From Candidatus Ryanbacteria bacterium RIFCSPHIGHO2_02_FULL_45_17b (GTDB lineage: Bacteria > Patescibacteriota > Minisyncoccia > Ryanbacterales > 2-02-FULL-48-12), in assembly GCA_001819815.1 (NCBI GenBank), contig MHNO01000009.1, positions 147,016 through 211,015 of the forward strand: a stretch of DNA of 64,000 nt, in the 5' to 3' direction. Positions within the stretch are counted from its first letter, which is position 1; the number at the start of each line of letters is the position of its first letter. Below, in pieces: positions 38,184-48,542 of the stretch. The notes beneath the pieces were generated by a model, which was not told where the DNA came from, ran no database searches, and was given only the letters and a program-made list of their open reading frames with translations. The position numbers were made by a program, and so were the translations under genes.

Positions 38184-38915
38184 TCAATCGGTTTTTTGCA
38201 ATCGTAGACTTCGCATATATGCTCGACGCCGCCGACGCTCGCGTCTGCTACCACGAGCTACTGCGTGAAGCATTTTTAGCACAGACGACACCCGTGGATC
38301 TCCATGCCATGTTTCACGTATCATATCGCGTAAACTATGCATAATATCCGGTTCCCCTTTACTAGTATCTTCTGCTACTTGTGCCGCGAGGATACCTATA
38401 TACGACAGTTTTCTTTCTATCGCATGTTTTTTATTCGGCGGGGTAAAAAAAAGATTCAAGCCATCTTTCCAGCGCCGGTAACTGATAACCAAAAATGGTG
38501 CGACTATGCCTGAGAGAAAAATATCCGCCATGGTATCACCATTCCCCACCTGCGCAATACTGTTGAAAAATCCGCTCGTATCATAGAGGAGCTCAATTCC
38601 TTCCCATGCAAAAACAGACAAGAAGATGATGAGGAGCCATGAAAGTGCCTCTTCTTTCAGGCGAGAGAACTGAAACTCTATTGGATGATATCGTTCACAA
38701 TATGACAGAAGAATCCACATGTGAAAACTAGGCCATATCAAATGAGCACATTCGTCGATAAACCATTCCCACGTGCCAATGGTAGCGGTACCCCACATGA
38801 AATACCCGCCGCAAGTAAAAGCTATGTTAAAGATCAACACATACCGCACGTGAGTATTTTTGAAAAAATGCCTTAATCGTGCCATACGCGACAAAGGCTT
38901 CGTATACTCTTGCAT
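38184..38915 (-). CDS. Hypothetical membrane protein
   Basis: 243 aa, 4-5 TM helices, Arg-rich C-terminus. Confidence 0.4.
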   Translation of the reverse strand: MQEYTKPLSRMARLRHFFKNTHVRYVLIFNIAFTCGGYFMWGTATIGTWEWFIDECAHLIWPSFHMWILLSYCERYHPIEFQFSRLKEEALSWLLIIFLSVFAWEGIELLYDTSGFFNSIAQVGNGDTMADIFLSGIVAPFLVISYRRWKDGLNLFFTPPNKKHAIERKLSYIGILAAQVAEDTSKGEPDIMHSLRDMIRETWHGDPRVSSVLKMLHAVARGSRRERRRRRAYMRSLRLQKTD

Positions 38916-39001
38916 CGCGCACCTCCAAGCTCTATTTGCTCAAACAGTATAATAAAGTTGCTATTCTTGCAAGCAATTCTGCCACAGCGTATAACAGAGG
39001 C

Positions 39002-40303
39002 ATGTCGGTTCTCTTTTCATCCATACGACAGTCCATTCCCCAAACACCCGGGGTATATTTTTTCCGCAATAAAGAACACACTATTCTCTACATTGGAAAA
39101 GCAGTAAATTTGCGTTCTCGACTGTCTTCATATTTTCTTAAAAGCACCCTGTTGGAAGCGGCAAAACGACGCATGCTCCGTGAAGCAGAACACATAACGT
39201 GGCAAGAGACAGAAACAGAAATTGAAGCGCTTCTCTTGGAAGCATCTCTTATTAAAAAACACATCCCGCCCTACAACATCGTAATGCGTGATGACAAGCA
39301 ATATCTCTTTGTAGGGTTTAGCAAAGAACGATTTCCGCGCATCTTTTTTACGCATCAGCCCCTTTCTCTTGGAACACGAAACATGAAACATGAAACACAG
39401 TTTATAGGACCGTTCACCGAGAGCAGAATCATAAAAAATCTACTACGTTCGCTTCGAAAAACATTTCCCTATTGCACATGCAAGACAAACCATAACCGCG
39501 TATGCCAGCGCGGCGAGCTGGGGCTCTGCGCTAGAATATGCTGTCAAAAAAATTATAATGCTACACGAAATGAATATGGCGCCTACGCAAAAAATATACG
39601 CTTCCTCAAAAATGTACTGCAGGGAAAACAAAAACAACTCCTTCATCGTTTTCACACGGATATGAACCACGCAAGCAAACACCAAGAATTTGAAACTGCC
39701 GCGCGCCTGCGCAATTATGTCTATGCCCTCAAACGCATTTTTGAACATCATTCCCCGCTAAAAAAAGAATACGCGATGGAAAATCAAAAAGGGCTCCATG
39801 AGCTTCGTCTCCTCTTAAAGCTTCCTTCCTACCCCAAACGAATAGAGGGATATGATATATCAAATATACAAGGAACACATGCCGTGGGATCCATGGTCGT
39901 GTTCACCGACGGTATTGCTGATAAAAACATGTATCGAAAATTCCGCATACGCACCGTCAAAGGCGCGAACGATACTGCCATGTTGCGGGAAGTTCTTACG
40001 CGCCGGCTCACCCACTCCGACTGGCCCCTGCCGGATATCATGCTTATCGACGGCGGGCGCGGGCAATTAAACGCCGCTCGCAAAGCCGTGCAAGGCAATC
40101 TTATTATTGTGTCTCTGGCAAAACGAGAAGAAGAACTTTACGCACCGAATCGAAAAACACCCTTCAAACTGCAAGAAATGCCACGTTCGCTTTTATATCT
40201 GTTGCAACAAATACGGAACGAAGCCCACCGCTTCGCGATTTCCTATTACCGAAAACAGCATAAAAAATATATCATTGCTGAGCCAAACTCTGCAAGAACG
40301 TGA
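39002..40303 (+). CDS. uvrC: Excinuclease ABC subunit C homolog lacking the C-terminal HhH domain
   Basis: GIY-YIG (GVYFFRNKEHTILYIGKAVNLRSRLSSYF), UVR motif (EFETAARLRNYVYAL), RNase H-like endonuclease block (GYDISNIQGTHAVGSMVVFTDG...IDGGRGQ); ends where HhH would start. Confidence 0.7.
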   Translation: MSVLFSSIRQSIPQTPGVYFFRNKEHTILYIGKAVNLRSRLSSYFLKSTLLEAAKRRMLREAEHITWQETETEIEALLLEASLIKKHIPPYNIVMRDDKQYLFVGFSKERFPRIFFTHQPLSLGTRNMKHETQFIGPFTESRIIKNLLRSLRKTFPYCTCKTNHNRVCQRGELGLCARICCQKNYNATRNEYGAYAKNIRFLKNVLQGKQKQLLHRFHTDMNHASKHQEFETAARLRNYVYALKRIFEHHSPLKKEYAMENQKGLHELRLLLKLPSYPKRIEGYDISNIQGTHAVGSMVVFTDGIADKNMYRKFRIRTVKGANDTAMLREVLTRRLTHSDWPLPDIMLIDGGRGQLNAARKAVQGNLIIVSLAKREEELYAPNRKTPFKLQEMPRSLLYLLQQIRNEAHRFAISYYRKQHKKYIIAEPNSART

Positions 40304-41630
40304 TTTGTTCCTGGTACGTATCTACCTTTGCAAGTACTTGGTTCGCGTAGGAACGGCCGAGATAGGAATCCCAATTTCCTCCGGCAAAATACTTCGCGGC
40401 GGCTTTAAGCTCCGCGTTCCTCCCGCCCGAGGCACCGTTGTCACGAAGCAACAAGCCTGAAGCGGTAAAGGCATCACGCGGCACCCAAGGATTGGCCGGC
40501 GCATTGCCAGTTAGGCGAGAAATTGCCTCTTTATACAAAATCCACGTGGAAGGAATAAACTGCGCGGGACCCATGGCACCCCCCCACCCCACCTGCTCTC
40601 CTTTTGAATCGCGCATAGGACACGATAATGGCATAGCGTTTGGATCAAGCCCTAATTCTTTTGTTATTTGAAGATACGGCTCATGATCACGGCTAGGTTT
40701 CATTACGCTCTGCCATTTGTACTTCGGCGGGTCAGTGGCAAGATTACACTGTCCGATATTTCGCCCCAACTCTGATTCCTGCGCGATGATGCCTAAAATA
40801 AACGCGGCACGAACTCCGGTTTGACTGGAGGCAAATTCCGCGTGGCGCAATGCTTCTTCAAATGGAATTGCTGGAGACCCTTGTAGCGTGAAAAGCTCGC
40901 TTCGAATAGCCGCCGCGCGCGTTCTTTTTGCATCGGCATGCTGACGATAATTTGCCTCCTCTCCGCGTGTAACTTTTAAAATACGTTGCTTTTCATTTTC
41001 TTTTGCTTCTTGCTGGCGTTTCTCGATTTCTTGCAACGTACGAAGTTCTGTTTGTTCCTGTTTCTCTCCCTGTAAATTTTCCCGCACATCCGCAGTACGC
41101 GTAATATCAGCGCGCAGATTGCCAAATGAAGTTTGTATAGCAAACTGCAATGAGTCTATCGTATCGACCTCTACAAAAAAATCAGACAAATCATCATACC
41201 CTAGCAACAACTCAATAAGCGACACATTGTCATATTCATGTAATTTGCGTAACGCCTCGGCCAGAGACGCGCGTTCGCGACCAATAACACCCGACATTTC
41301 TTGAATAGAAAGAGATTTTTGATCAATAGAAGCGGCAAGCGCCACAATAGCAAGATTTCTTCGGCGAATTTCAAGTTTCGCGCGAGTAACTTCGGCATCA
41401 ATAATATCAATGTCACGCTTTATAGAAGCGCCCTCGCTCTGTTTTTTGGCAATAAGAATATCAAAACCCGCAATCTGATTCTCAAGATCCTTCAATTCTG
41501 ACTGCAACTGCGCTCTCCGCGTCTGCACAACATTACTTGCTTCCTCCGCATACGCAAAACCCGCCGCCGCTAACAAAAACAGCGCCCCCGCAAATAAAAC
41601 ATATATATGCTTATATAAAAGCCTGTTCAA
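40272..41630 (-). CDS. Coiled-coil protein with C-terminal lytic transglycosylase (MltB/family 3-like) domain
   Basis: Signal/TM, long coiled coil, then GAMGPAQFIPSTW, an MltB-type motif. Confidence 0.6.
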   Translation of the reverse strand: MNRLLYKHIYVLFAGALFLLAAAGFAYAEEASNVVQTRRAQLQSELKDLENQIAGFDILIAKKQSEGASIKRDIDIIDAEVTRAKLEIRRRNLAIVALAASIDQKSLSIQEMSGVIGRERASLAEALRKLHEYDNVSLIELLLGYDDLSDFFVEVDTIDSLQFAIQTSFGNLRADITRTADVRENLQGEKQEQTELRTLQEIEKRQQEAKENEKQRILKVTRGEEANYRQHADAKRTRAAAIRSELFTLQGSPAIPFEEALRHAEFASSQTGVRAAFILGIIAQESELGRNIGQCNLATDPPKYKWQSVMKPSRDHEPYLQITKELGLDPNAMPLSCPMRDSKGEQVGWGGAMGPAQFIPSTWILYKEAISRLTGNAPANPWVPRDAFTASGLLLRDNGASGGRNAELKAAAKYFAGGNWDSYLGRSYANQVLAKVDTYQEQITFLQSLAQQ

Positions 41631-41676
41631 AATCTAACCGCTTAAAAGGTAAAAATACGCGATAAATATAGAGAGC

Positions 41677-42369
41677 CTATTTCTTTTCTTTATTTTCAGC
41701 AGTTGTGGAAATTTCTTCACTTGACTCCTCTTCGGTTTCTTTTTCTTTCTTTCCCGCAAGTTCGATGTTTTCCAAAGAAACTTCCGCTGGTTGTTCCATC
41801 GCGGCAAGTTCTTCCTCACTGCGTGGCGCTTCTACCAATACTATCACTTGGTCAGGTTCTATGCGCAACTCTACTCCTTCCGGCAATGGAATATCTTTTA
41901 CAAAAATTTGATCCTCAAACGCATGCAAAACCGATATGTCAACGGCAATTTCATGAGGAAGGTCTTTCGGCAATGCCCGAATAGGCAATTCATGAATAAC
42001 TTTCACCAAAACACCGCCCAAAGATTTAACCGCTTCCGCTTCACCGGTGAACACAAGAGGAATATCGGCTTCCAATTCGCGATCCATGCGCACCGCATAA
42101 AAATCCACATGAATCGGAAAATCTCGCAATACATCTCGTGAAACATCCTGAATAAGAACAGTTTTTTGCGAGCCATCTTCCAAACTCAACGAAACTAAAG
42201 AAGTTTCGCCTACTGCTTTCCATACTTTCTCAAACACGCGAGAATCAACTTCCACTGATTTGGGTTCTACTCCGTAGCCATACAAAACAGCTGGAATAGA
42301 GCCTCTATTCCGAATATGTTTGGCTTTTTTACCAAGCTCCAGACGTGTTTTTGCTACTAACTCCAACAT
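41677..42369 (-). CDS. rplY: 50S ribosomal protein L25 / general stress protein Ctc
   Basis: AKTRLELGKKAKHIRNRGSIPAVLYG N-terminus; acidic C-terminal tail. Confidence 0.8.
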   Translation of the reverse strand: MLELVAKTRLELGKKAKHIRNRGSIPAVLYGYGVEPKSVEVDSRVFEKVWKAVGETSLVSLSLEDGSQKTVLIQDVSRDVLRDFPIHVDFYAVRMDRELEADIPLVFTGEAEAVKSLGGVLVKVIHELPIRALPKDLPHEIAVDISVLHAFEDQIFVKDIPLPEGVELRIEPDQVIVLVEAPRSEEELAAMEQPAEVSLENIELAGKKEKETEEESSEEISTTAENKEKK

Positions 42370-42416
42370 GTACTAAGGCTAGCACAGAAGACTCACTCTG
42401 GGAAGATGGCCCATGG

Positions 42417-42503
42417 AACCATCAAAAATGTGCTTAGAAAAAGTCTGGCCGAGCGATAGCGAAGGAGAGCCGAGGACTTTTTCTAAGCACATTTTTGATG
42501 GTT
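42417..42503. repeat. 29-bp perfect inverted repeat (42417-42445 / 42475-42503), 29-nt loop
   Basis: aaccatcaaaaatgtgcttagaaaaagtc ... gactttttctaagcacatttttgatggtt; between the aldolase-like gene stop and rplY start. Confidence 0.6.
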
Positions 42504-42544
42504 TACCACGCTCAAGGTTTAAGGAAAAAATAAGTAACCATGGT

Positions 42545-43447
42545 CTACCTGCCGCCCGCCGATTCAAATAAATCCGCATACCGTTTAAAATTGTCCGCGA
42601 TAGTATGGGCAGTCTCCTCGCGAGTCGCATGTTTCTCGTGGTAATGAAGAAGCGGCTCCTTGAAGACCGTCCGCCCCACAGCAAAACCAATGACCCCATC
42701 TACGCGCGCCGAAGCACCCAGCCATACGCGCACTTTCTCATCGCTTTCCCCACGCCCTAAAACTACAATACCAACATCATTTCTGCCACCGCTTCGCGCC
42801 GCCTCGGCAATAGACCCCATGTCTTCTGACGACTCTAATCCTTCCAATTTCCATACGTCTGGTTCCACGCCATCCGCTTGCAACTCCCTCACAGCAGACC
42901 TCATGAGCCCCGCACGCATTGTCTTTTCATATACATCTTCGCTCCCGCCGCATGATGCAAGCTGTTCAGAAGTAGCTGGCACAAGCAATTCAAAAAGAAA
43001 CTTGTATCCTTCTTTGTGACAATACGCACTCAACATGACAAGTTTTTCTATTTGTTTTTTATTTCCTTGGGTATCTCCCCCCGTATTATATCTTACAAGA
43101 ACCTTTACATAGTCTGGCGAAAACTTTTCGATATGCTCCGCAAAATCATCCCCATACTCAAAATCGAACTCATCCTGTCCGGATTTTTCTATGGTAAGAA
43201 TACGCGTTACGCCGCGTTCTCTTGCTTCGTTTTGGATGCGCGATCCAAATTGTTCATCAACTAAAATGGCAGCCGCATGGGATGGTACACCTTGCTCCAA
43301 TGCCATAAGAAACCCTTCATATATAATATGCTTATAATCGGAAAGAACGGCAGTGGCCGTCTCATCCACATGTGCCGGATCAAATCCGAACATTTTAATA
43401 AAAGATCCGCGATGATCAAAAGGCAAAATATATAACTTTTTTCTCAT
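42545..43447 (-). CDS. DUF2090-like putative class I aldolase (IolC-associated aldolase family)
   Basis: LYILPFDHRGSF start. TIM-barrel aldolase-like, not verified. Confidence 0.4.
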   Translation of the reverse strand: MRKKLYILPFDHRGSFIKMFGFDPAHVDETATAVLSDYKHIIYEGFLMALEQGVPSHAAAILVDEQFGSRIQNEARERGVTRILTIEKSGQDEFDFEYGDDFAEHIEKFSPDYVKVLVRYNTGGDTQGNKKQIEKLVMLSAYCHKEGYKFLFELLVPATSEQLASCGGSEDVYEKTMRAGLMRSAVRELQADGVEPDVWKLEGLESSEDMGSIAEAARSGGRNDVGIVVLGRGESDEKVRVWLGASARVDGVIGFAVGRTVFKEPLLHYHEKHATREETAHTIADNFKRYADLFESAGGR

Positions 43448-43463
43448 ATGTTTGAGTTACGTT

Positions 43464-43559
43464 CTACCCCATTGCGTATACTAAACATGTTCTTTACGGC
43501 CAACAGGTGTATACATAGAAGGACGTCGTAGAACATGTTTAGTATACGCAATGGGGTAG
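43464..43559. repeat. 30-bp perfect inverted repeat (43464-43493 / 43530-43559), 36-nt loop
   Basis: ctaccccattgcgtatactaaacatgttct ... agaacatgtttagtatacgcaatggggtag; between glpX stop and the aldolase-like gene start. Confidence 0.6.
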
Positions 43560-43585
43560 TAATAATTTTGTAATCCACAATTATA

Positions 43586-44560
43586 TTACGTCTCTAGAAT
43601 ATGCTTTGTTTTTATAAACCGAAGCGTGCGAGGCAATAAAGACATCACTACCGAGTGTGTAATTATACTCTCCCCTTCAAACACCACCCCATCTGCGAGA
43701 GGCCCATCAATAACGCCTGTAGCGGTAAATGTAACATACTCGCTTTTGGCAAGATCTCGTGCAGAAAAAACTTTTTTTGCTTCCCGCGCGCCTAATTTTT
43801 TCAGTTCTTTCTCCTGACGTTCATCACTCGGCTTCCAGCGGCACATAATCTCACCATCCAGACAACGCAACGCCGCGGCCGCTAACACCGCTTCCGTACT
43901 TCCCCCGATGCCCAAGAGCATATCTATAGGAGACTCAGGCAAACAAGTGGCTATCGCCATCGCGACATCCCCATCGCTAAACAATCGCACGCGCGCTCCT
44001 GCGTGTCGAATTTGTTGAATCAAGTCCTCATGGCGCGGCCGGTCAAGCACAGCAACCGTAACTTCTCCCACGTCTTTCCCCAAAACATGCGCGACTTTTT
44101 TAATTGCGGTTTTTACCGGCATATCAAGATCAACCGCCCCGCGCGCTTCCGGCCCGACGGCAATTTTTTCCATATATCCGTCAAACGCTTTGTAAATAGA
44201 ACCGCGCGGACCTGTGGCAATAACCGCAAGCGCGTTCGGGCGTCCGTATGCCACACTATCCGTACATTCTAATGGATCCACCGCAATATCAACCAATACG
44301 CCTCGACCCGTTCCCAGCTTTTCCCCCACAAAAAGCTCCGGTGCCTCATCCTTGGCCCCTTCCCCGATAACAACCTCACCGGAAAAATCAATCTTATTGA
44401 ACACCTTCCGCATAGCATCCACCGCCGCCCTATCAGCCGCTTTTCCATCTCCCCTGCCAACCCAGCGGGAAGCCGCAATGGCCGCTTGTTCTGTCGCATT
44501 CAAAAACTCAAGCGCGAGACCCATATATGGTATGGTTTTCATAATAGACCTGTTTATCAT
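43586..44560 (-). CDS. glpX: Fructose-1,6-bisphosphatase class II
   Basis: LALEFLNATEQAAIAASRWVGRGDGKAADRAAVDAMR matches the GlpX N-terminus. Confidence 0.85.
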   Translation of the reverse strand: MINRSIMKTIPYMGLALEFLNATEQAAIAASRWVGRGDGKAADRAAVDAMRKVFNKIDFSGEVVIGEGAKDEAPELFVGEKLGTGRGVLVDIAVDPLECTDSVAYGRPNALAVIATGPRGSIYKAFDGYMEKIAVGPEARGAVDLDMPVKTAIKKVAHVLGKDVGEVTVAVLDRPRHEDLIQQIRHAGARVRLFSDGDVAMAIATCLPESPIDMLLGIGGSTEAVLAAAALRCLDGEIMCRWKPSDERQEKELKKLGAREAKKVFSARDLAKSEYVTFTATGVIDGPLADGVVFEGESIITHSVVMSLLPRTLRFIKTKHILET

Positions 44561-44611
44561 GTTCGTAACGAAATCTAAACATGTAACTCTTCATTATTTT
44601 TGAGATGGGAT

Positions 44612-45616
44612 CTAGATTTTCTTCGGTCTATAATCTGCCGGCGCGTTTTGGAGATATTCTTCAAGTTTCTCACGCGTTAGAAGCCCTTCCCGCGCGCCAA
44701 TATATTGTACTACAGACATGGAGTTTATCGGAGCCCACCGAAGCGCGTCTTCCATACTCATTCCCAAAGCAAGCGCCACCACAAACGTGGAAGAAAATGC
44801 GTCTCCCGCGCCCGTGCGTTCAAAAGGCGGCTTTTCGTCGGGGTATGGAGGCATAAAATAAACAGACGCTCCATCAGAAGCATATGCCCCTTTCGGACCA
44901 TCGGTAAGCACGGTAATTTTTGGTCCTTGCTCGTGCATGGCGGCCATAAGCGCCTTTATATCGTGCTCTTCGGGTTTTTGAAGAACGCGCTGGTACTCTT
45001 CTTTGTTACAGATAAATACCTCCGCCCGTTCATATATTTTTTTCAACCCCTCAATGCCCATCTTCATTTGAAAGGTGCCGGGTTGAAACGCAAGTTTAAT
45101 TTCGGGATGGCTTTCCAAATAACGAAGAGCGGTTTCATGAAATTCAGACGAATTGCCACCCAAAGAAGAAAGATACACCCATTTGGGGGAATCAAAATTG
45201 GGAAGCGCGTATGGATATTGCTCATGCTTAATTAAAATCGTACGATCGTCTTCGTACCACAACACATAGTGATAATTTGTTTTTTGACCGCGGTGGATAG
45301 AAATAAATTCGGTGCCTACTTTTTCTGCCGCAAGCACATCCAGACATTCCTTGCCAAAATAATCACTTCCCACATTGCTTACAAGCGCACTTTCCAAACC
45401 CAACCGGGTAGCTGAAACCGCCGCATTAGCGCTATTTCCCACCGCAGGAACAATATACACTTCTTCATAAGGAACTTTGTCGGCAAACCGAAAACATATT
45501 TCGCATTTTTCTTTATCTACCGAACAATGCACCGATGCATCTTTGATGCGTATAAATGCATCCGTTACCGTATCACCAATAGCAACAAAATCATACTGTT
45601 TTTGAGACATAGACAT
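44612..45616 (-). CDS. PfkB-family carbohydrate/nucleoside kinase
   Basis: GAGDAFSSTFVVALALG ATP-binding motif and N-terminal GG-like motif. Confidence 0.7.
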   Translation of the reverse strand: MSMSQKQYDFVAIGDTVTDAFIRIKDASVHCSVDKEKCEICFRFADKVPYEEVYIVPAVGNSANAAVSATRLGLESALVSNVGSDYFGKECLDVLAAEKVGTEFISIHRGQKTNYHYVLWYEDDRTILIKHEQYPYALPNFDSPKWVYLSSLGGNSSEFHETALRYLESHPEIKLAFQPGTFQMKMGIEGLKKIYERAEVFICNKEEYQRVLQKPEEHDIKALMAAMHEQGPKITVLTDGPKGAYASDGASVYFMPPYPDEKPPFERTGAGDAFSSTFVVALALGMSMEDALRWAPINSMSVVQYIGAREGLLTREKLEEYLQNAPADYRPKKI

Positions 45617-45617
45617 A

Positions 45618-46319
45618 TCACTCTAATGTTATTTCGGTTAATCCGTCAACGGCGATAGTCACAAACGCACTCCTGTTTTTTGCGACCACCGTGCCGCGAA
45701 GCTCAAAATAATATGTTTCCCCTGCAGAAATTTGTACCTGGGGCGGGCCTTGATCAAAAAGAATAGATACCGCACTTGACGCTGAATCAAGAAAGCCAAT
45801 TTGCTTTCCTACGCGATTTTCTTTAGTAGTAGTATTGCGAAGAAATGCCGGAACAGAAAAAAGATCATCAGAATACGCGTATACCTCAAGATCTTTTATG
45901 GAAACATCAGAAAGAGAAATAGCGTATGTTGTGGAAGGAATGATTGTATCTACCGCGCCTCCTGTAATAGAAAAACGGTACAAGATTGCAAGCGGTTGTG
46001 AAAGATACACGGAAGGAAGCGAAACAAATTTCCATACAGCTTCGGTTGATGTAGAAACAGCTTTTTCTTCTGTCTTGGCAGGTACGGACGACTCAACAAC
46101 AGTGCTTTTTTCTGGAGGTCGCGCCTCTTCGGCAATAATCTCCAAAAGGCGAACCTGTATGCGCGCAACGGCGGCAATAATCTCATTAAGCTGTTGTTGG
46201 ATACTTTCAAGGAGCGACGCGTGCGTGGAAGCGGCCGAGGGTGAAGTCGGTACCGAGAGCGCAAAAAGTAACATAACGACGACAATAAAATAGAAAGATC
46301 TTGAATAAAAATGTTTCAT
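45618..46319 (-). CDS. Hypothetical secreted protein
   Basis: Signal peptide; no motif. Confidence 0.4.
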   Translation of the reverse strand: MKHFYSRSFYFIVVVMLLFALSVPTSPSAASTHASLLESIQQQLNEIIAAVARIQVRLLEIIAEEARPPEKSTVVESSVPAKTEEKAVSTSTEAVWKFVSLPSVYLSQPLAILYRFSITGGAVDTIIPSTTYAISLSDVSIKDLEVYAYSDDLFSVPAFLRNTTTKENRVGKQIGFLDSASSAVSILFDQGPPQVQISAGETYYFELRGTVVAKNRSAFVTIAVDGLTEITLE

Positions 46320-46343
46320 GCGTAGTTTTTTATTAGCTGCAGA

Positions 46344-47342
46344 CTACTTCCTTTGTACCACTCTTTTAACCGCCGCAACAATAGAAGATACCCCCATGCC
46401 AAATTTTTCTAAAAGTTCGGCAGGTTCGCCCGATTCACCAAACCGATTCTGCACGCCGACAAACTCCATGGGAACCGGATGTGTTCGCGCCAACACTTCC
46501 GCCACCGCAGACCCCATACCGCCCATTACCTGATGTTCTTCCACCGTTACAACCGCGCCTGTACCTTTGGCGGCCGCTATAATCGTCTCCTCGTCCATAG
46601 GTTTTATTGTGTGATTATTCACCACAAGAACGCCGATGCTTTCTTTCTCAAGTTCTTGGGCGGCAAGGATCGCATTGTGCACTAAAGACCCGCACGCGAT
46701 TATAGCTACAAGTGGGGGTGGGTTTGTCGGTTCCCACACGCGATATGCTTTCCCTATTTGAAACGGCGTTTCTGGCGTCGTAAACACGGGTGTTTTTTCA
46801 CGCGCAAGACGGATATACACAGGCCTTGACAACCCCGAGGCCGCAACCGTTGCTTTTCGGGCTTCATGTGCGTCGCATGGCGCAATAACGGTCATGTTGG
46901 CAATGGGGCGCATAATGGCAATATCTTCAATTGCCTGGTGAGTCGCGCCGTCGGGACCAACTGAAACCCCCGCGTGAGACCCCGCAATTATCACATGTCG
47001 TTCATTGTAGCATATTGTGGTGCGAATTTGTTCCCAATTACGCCCGGGGCTGAACATGGCGTATGAAGATATAAAGGGAATTTTTCCACACGCCGCCATA
47101 CCAGAAGCAACCGCGGCCAAATTCTGTTCGGCAACCCCGATTTCCACAAACCGTTCGGGATATCTTTTAGCAAACGCTTCCATTTTAGTTGATTCGGTCA
47201 GATCGGCGCACAATCCCACCACATTTTGATTTGCATCCGCGGCTTCCACCAAACCCAAACCAAACCCCTCACGAATAGGTTTTTGATCCAAAGATTTCAA
47301 ATCAAGGATATCGGAAACAAGTTTTATGTGCTCTGGAATCAT
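46344..47342 (-). CDS. Transketolase, C-terminal (pyrimidine-binding + C-domain) subunit
   Basis: GFGLGLVEAADANQNVVGLCADL...VGVAEQNLAAVASGMAACGKIPF. Confidence 0.85.
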   Translation of the reverse strand: MIPEHIKLVSDILDLKSLDQKPIREGFGLGLVEAADANQNVVGLCADLTESTKMEAFAKRYPERFVEIGVAEQNLAAVASGMAACGKIPFISSYAMFSPGRNWEQIRTTICYNERHVIIAGSHAGVSVGPDGATHQAIEDIAIMRPIANMTVIAPCDAHEARKATVAASGLSRPVYIRLAREKTPVFTTPETPFQIGKAYRVWEPTNPPPLVAIIACGSLVHNAILAAQELEKESIGVLVVNNHTIKPMDEETIIAAAKGTGAVVTVEEHQVMGGMGSAVAEVLARTHPVPMEFVGVQNRFGESGEPAELLEKFGMGVSSIVAAVKRVVQRK

Positions 47343-47348
47343 AGAAAA

Positions 47349-47942
47349 CTAATCAATAAATTTGAACGTGGAGAGAAATTGTTTAAAATCTTTTTTGTTT
47401 TTGGTTGATGTCTTGTACAACGTAGTTAGCATGGCTGTCATTCCATCAGCATAATTCATTTGGGCTGTTACTGTGGTTGAATCTCCCCAATCAATCATCC
47501 AAGCCCCAGCCAACTCACATCTCATGTCTTGAGGGTAAGCTTCACAATAAGTTATACCAGCAAGCGTTAAATCTATAGTAGATATCACAATAATATCATC
47601 CCCACCCTCAATAAGATGAATAGGCCACTTCGACAAACTTATCGACCACGAAGATGGATACTTAAACTCAAACCCATACTCTTCATTGAGGTATGTTTTC
47701 CAGTCTGATGTGTCATCTTGTGTAATGCTTGGCTTTGCACATTCCTCAAACTCGCAATTTTGCCCCGTGCGCCCTACATACGAGCCATCAGGGCAGAGTT
47801 TTGCTTCCAGCGTGCACGAGATTCGAAAAGAGTGCTGTGCCTTGCGGGGAACGCCAAAATAACTTGCTACTGCAATAATGCTCACTGCCATAAGTAACAA
47901 AGCAACCGCGACAACATGGCTTAGTTTTTCTCGTGCAAACAT
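47349..47942 (-). CDS. Secreted hypothetical protein, paralog A of a three-member family (C-terminal STFKFID)
   Basis: N-terminus MFAREKLSHVVAVALLLMAV is identical to paralog B; shared W(K)TY(L/H)NEEYGFEF(K/R)YP block; ends FKFID. Confidence 0.55.
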   Translation of the reverse strand: MFAREKLSHVVAVALLLMAVSIIAVASYFGVPRKAQHSFRISCTLEAKLCPDGSYVGRTGQNCEFEECAKPSITQDDTSDWKTYLNEEYGFEFKYPSSWSISLSKWPIHLIEGGDDIIVISTIDLTLAGITYCEAYPQDMRCELAGAWMIDWGDSTTVTAQMNYADGMTAMLTTLYKTSTKNKKDFKQFLSTFKFID

Positions 47943-47965
47943 ATTTTTATGTAAAGTTAACTCGA

Positions 47966-48250
47966 TTATTGATTTTTATAAACTCGATCATGATGAGCAA
48001 AATCTATGAATCTAAGTTCACCATTATAAAACTCATAAACCAAAACAAAAGAACCGACATGTAATCGCCGTCGATTTTTAAGCGTGTAACGAAGAGGTTT
48101 TCCCAAAATTGGTTCGCGAATTATTTTCTCCATCTGGTTTGAAAGTTGTTCAAACAGATTATGATCTTTCTTTTTACATTTTCTCACCACTCGCTCAAAA
48201 TTAGGTGAGTAAACAATATGACTAACGTTGGGTGAACGAGAATCCTCCAT
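47966..48250 (-). CDS. Type II toxin, RelE/ParE family
   Basis: RRRLHVGSFVLVYEFYNGELRFIDFAHHDRVY matches the RelE/ParE C-terminal consensus. Start set at the internal ATG. Confidence 0.65.
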   Translation of the reverse strand: MEDSRSPNVSHIVYSPNFERVVRKCKKKDHNLFEQLSNQMEKIIREPILGKPLRYTLKNRRRLHVGSFVLVYEFYNGELRFIDFAHHDRVYKNQ

Positions 48251-48474
48251 CACAGATTCGTTAGCCACTTTTTCATCTCGGCAATAGATGTAAATGACCG
48301 CCCTTCTTTTTTGTCCAAATTATGGCTTACGCGCTCCCATTTTTTGAGTATATCTGAACGTATAAAACGCTCATCATCCATAAGAACGACTTTTTTCAAT
48401 AAATCCAGTTCCTTTTCTACTTTCTCCTGCCGGTGAAATAAACTATTCAACTGTTTTGATGTAACTATAGGCAT
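48250..48474 (-). CDS. Putative antitoxin partner of RelE/ParE
   Basis: 74-aa ORF immediately upstream and abutting the toxin; no independent motif. Confidence 0.45.
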   Translation of the reverse strand: MPIVTSKQLNSLFHRQEKVEKELDLLKKVVLMDDERFIRSDILKKWERVSHNLDKKEGRSFTSIAEMKKWLTNL

Positions 48475-48542
48475 ATATACATACTACTGTAAATATTGAT
48501 AAGACACCAGTATATCATTCATGACCATGCAAAATGAGAAAA

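Noticed and set aside
44705-45235. 176-aa '+' ORF antisense to the pfkB-family kinase
   Set aside because: Shadow ORF; the kinase frame carries the GAGDAF motif.
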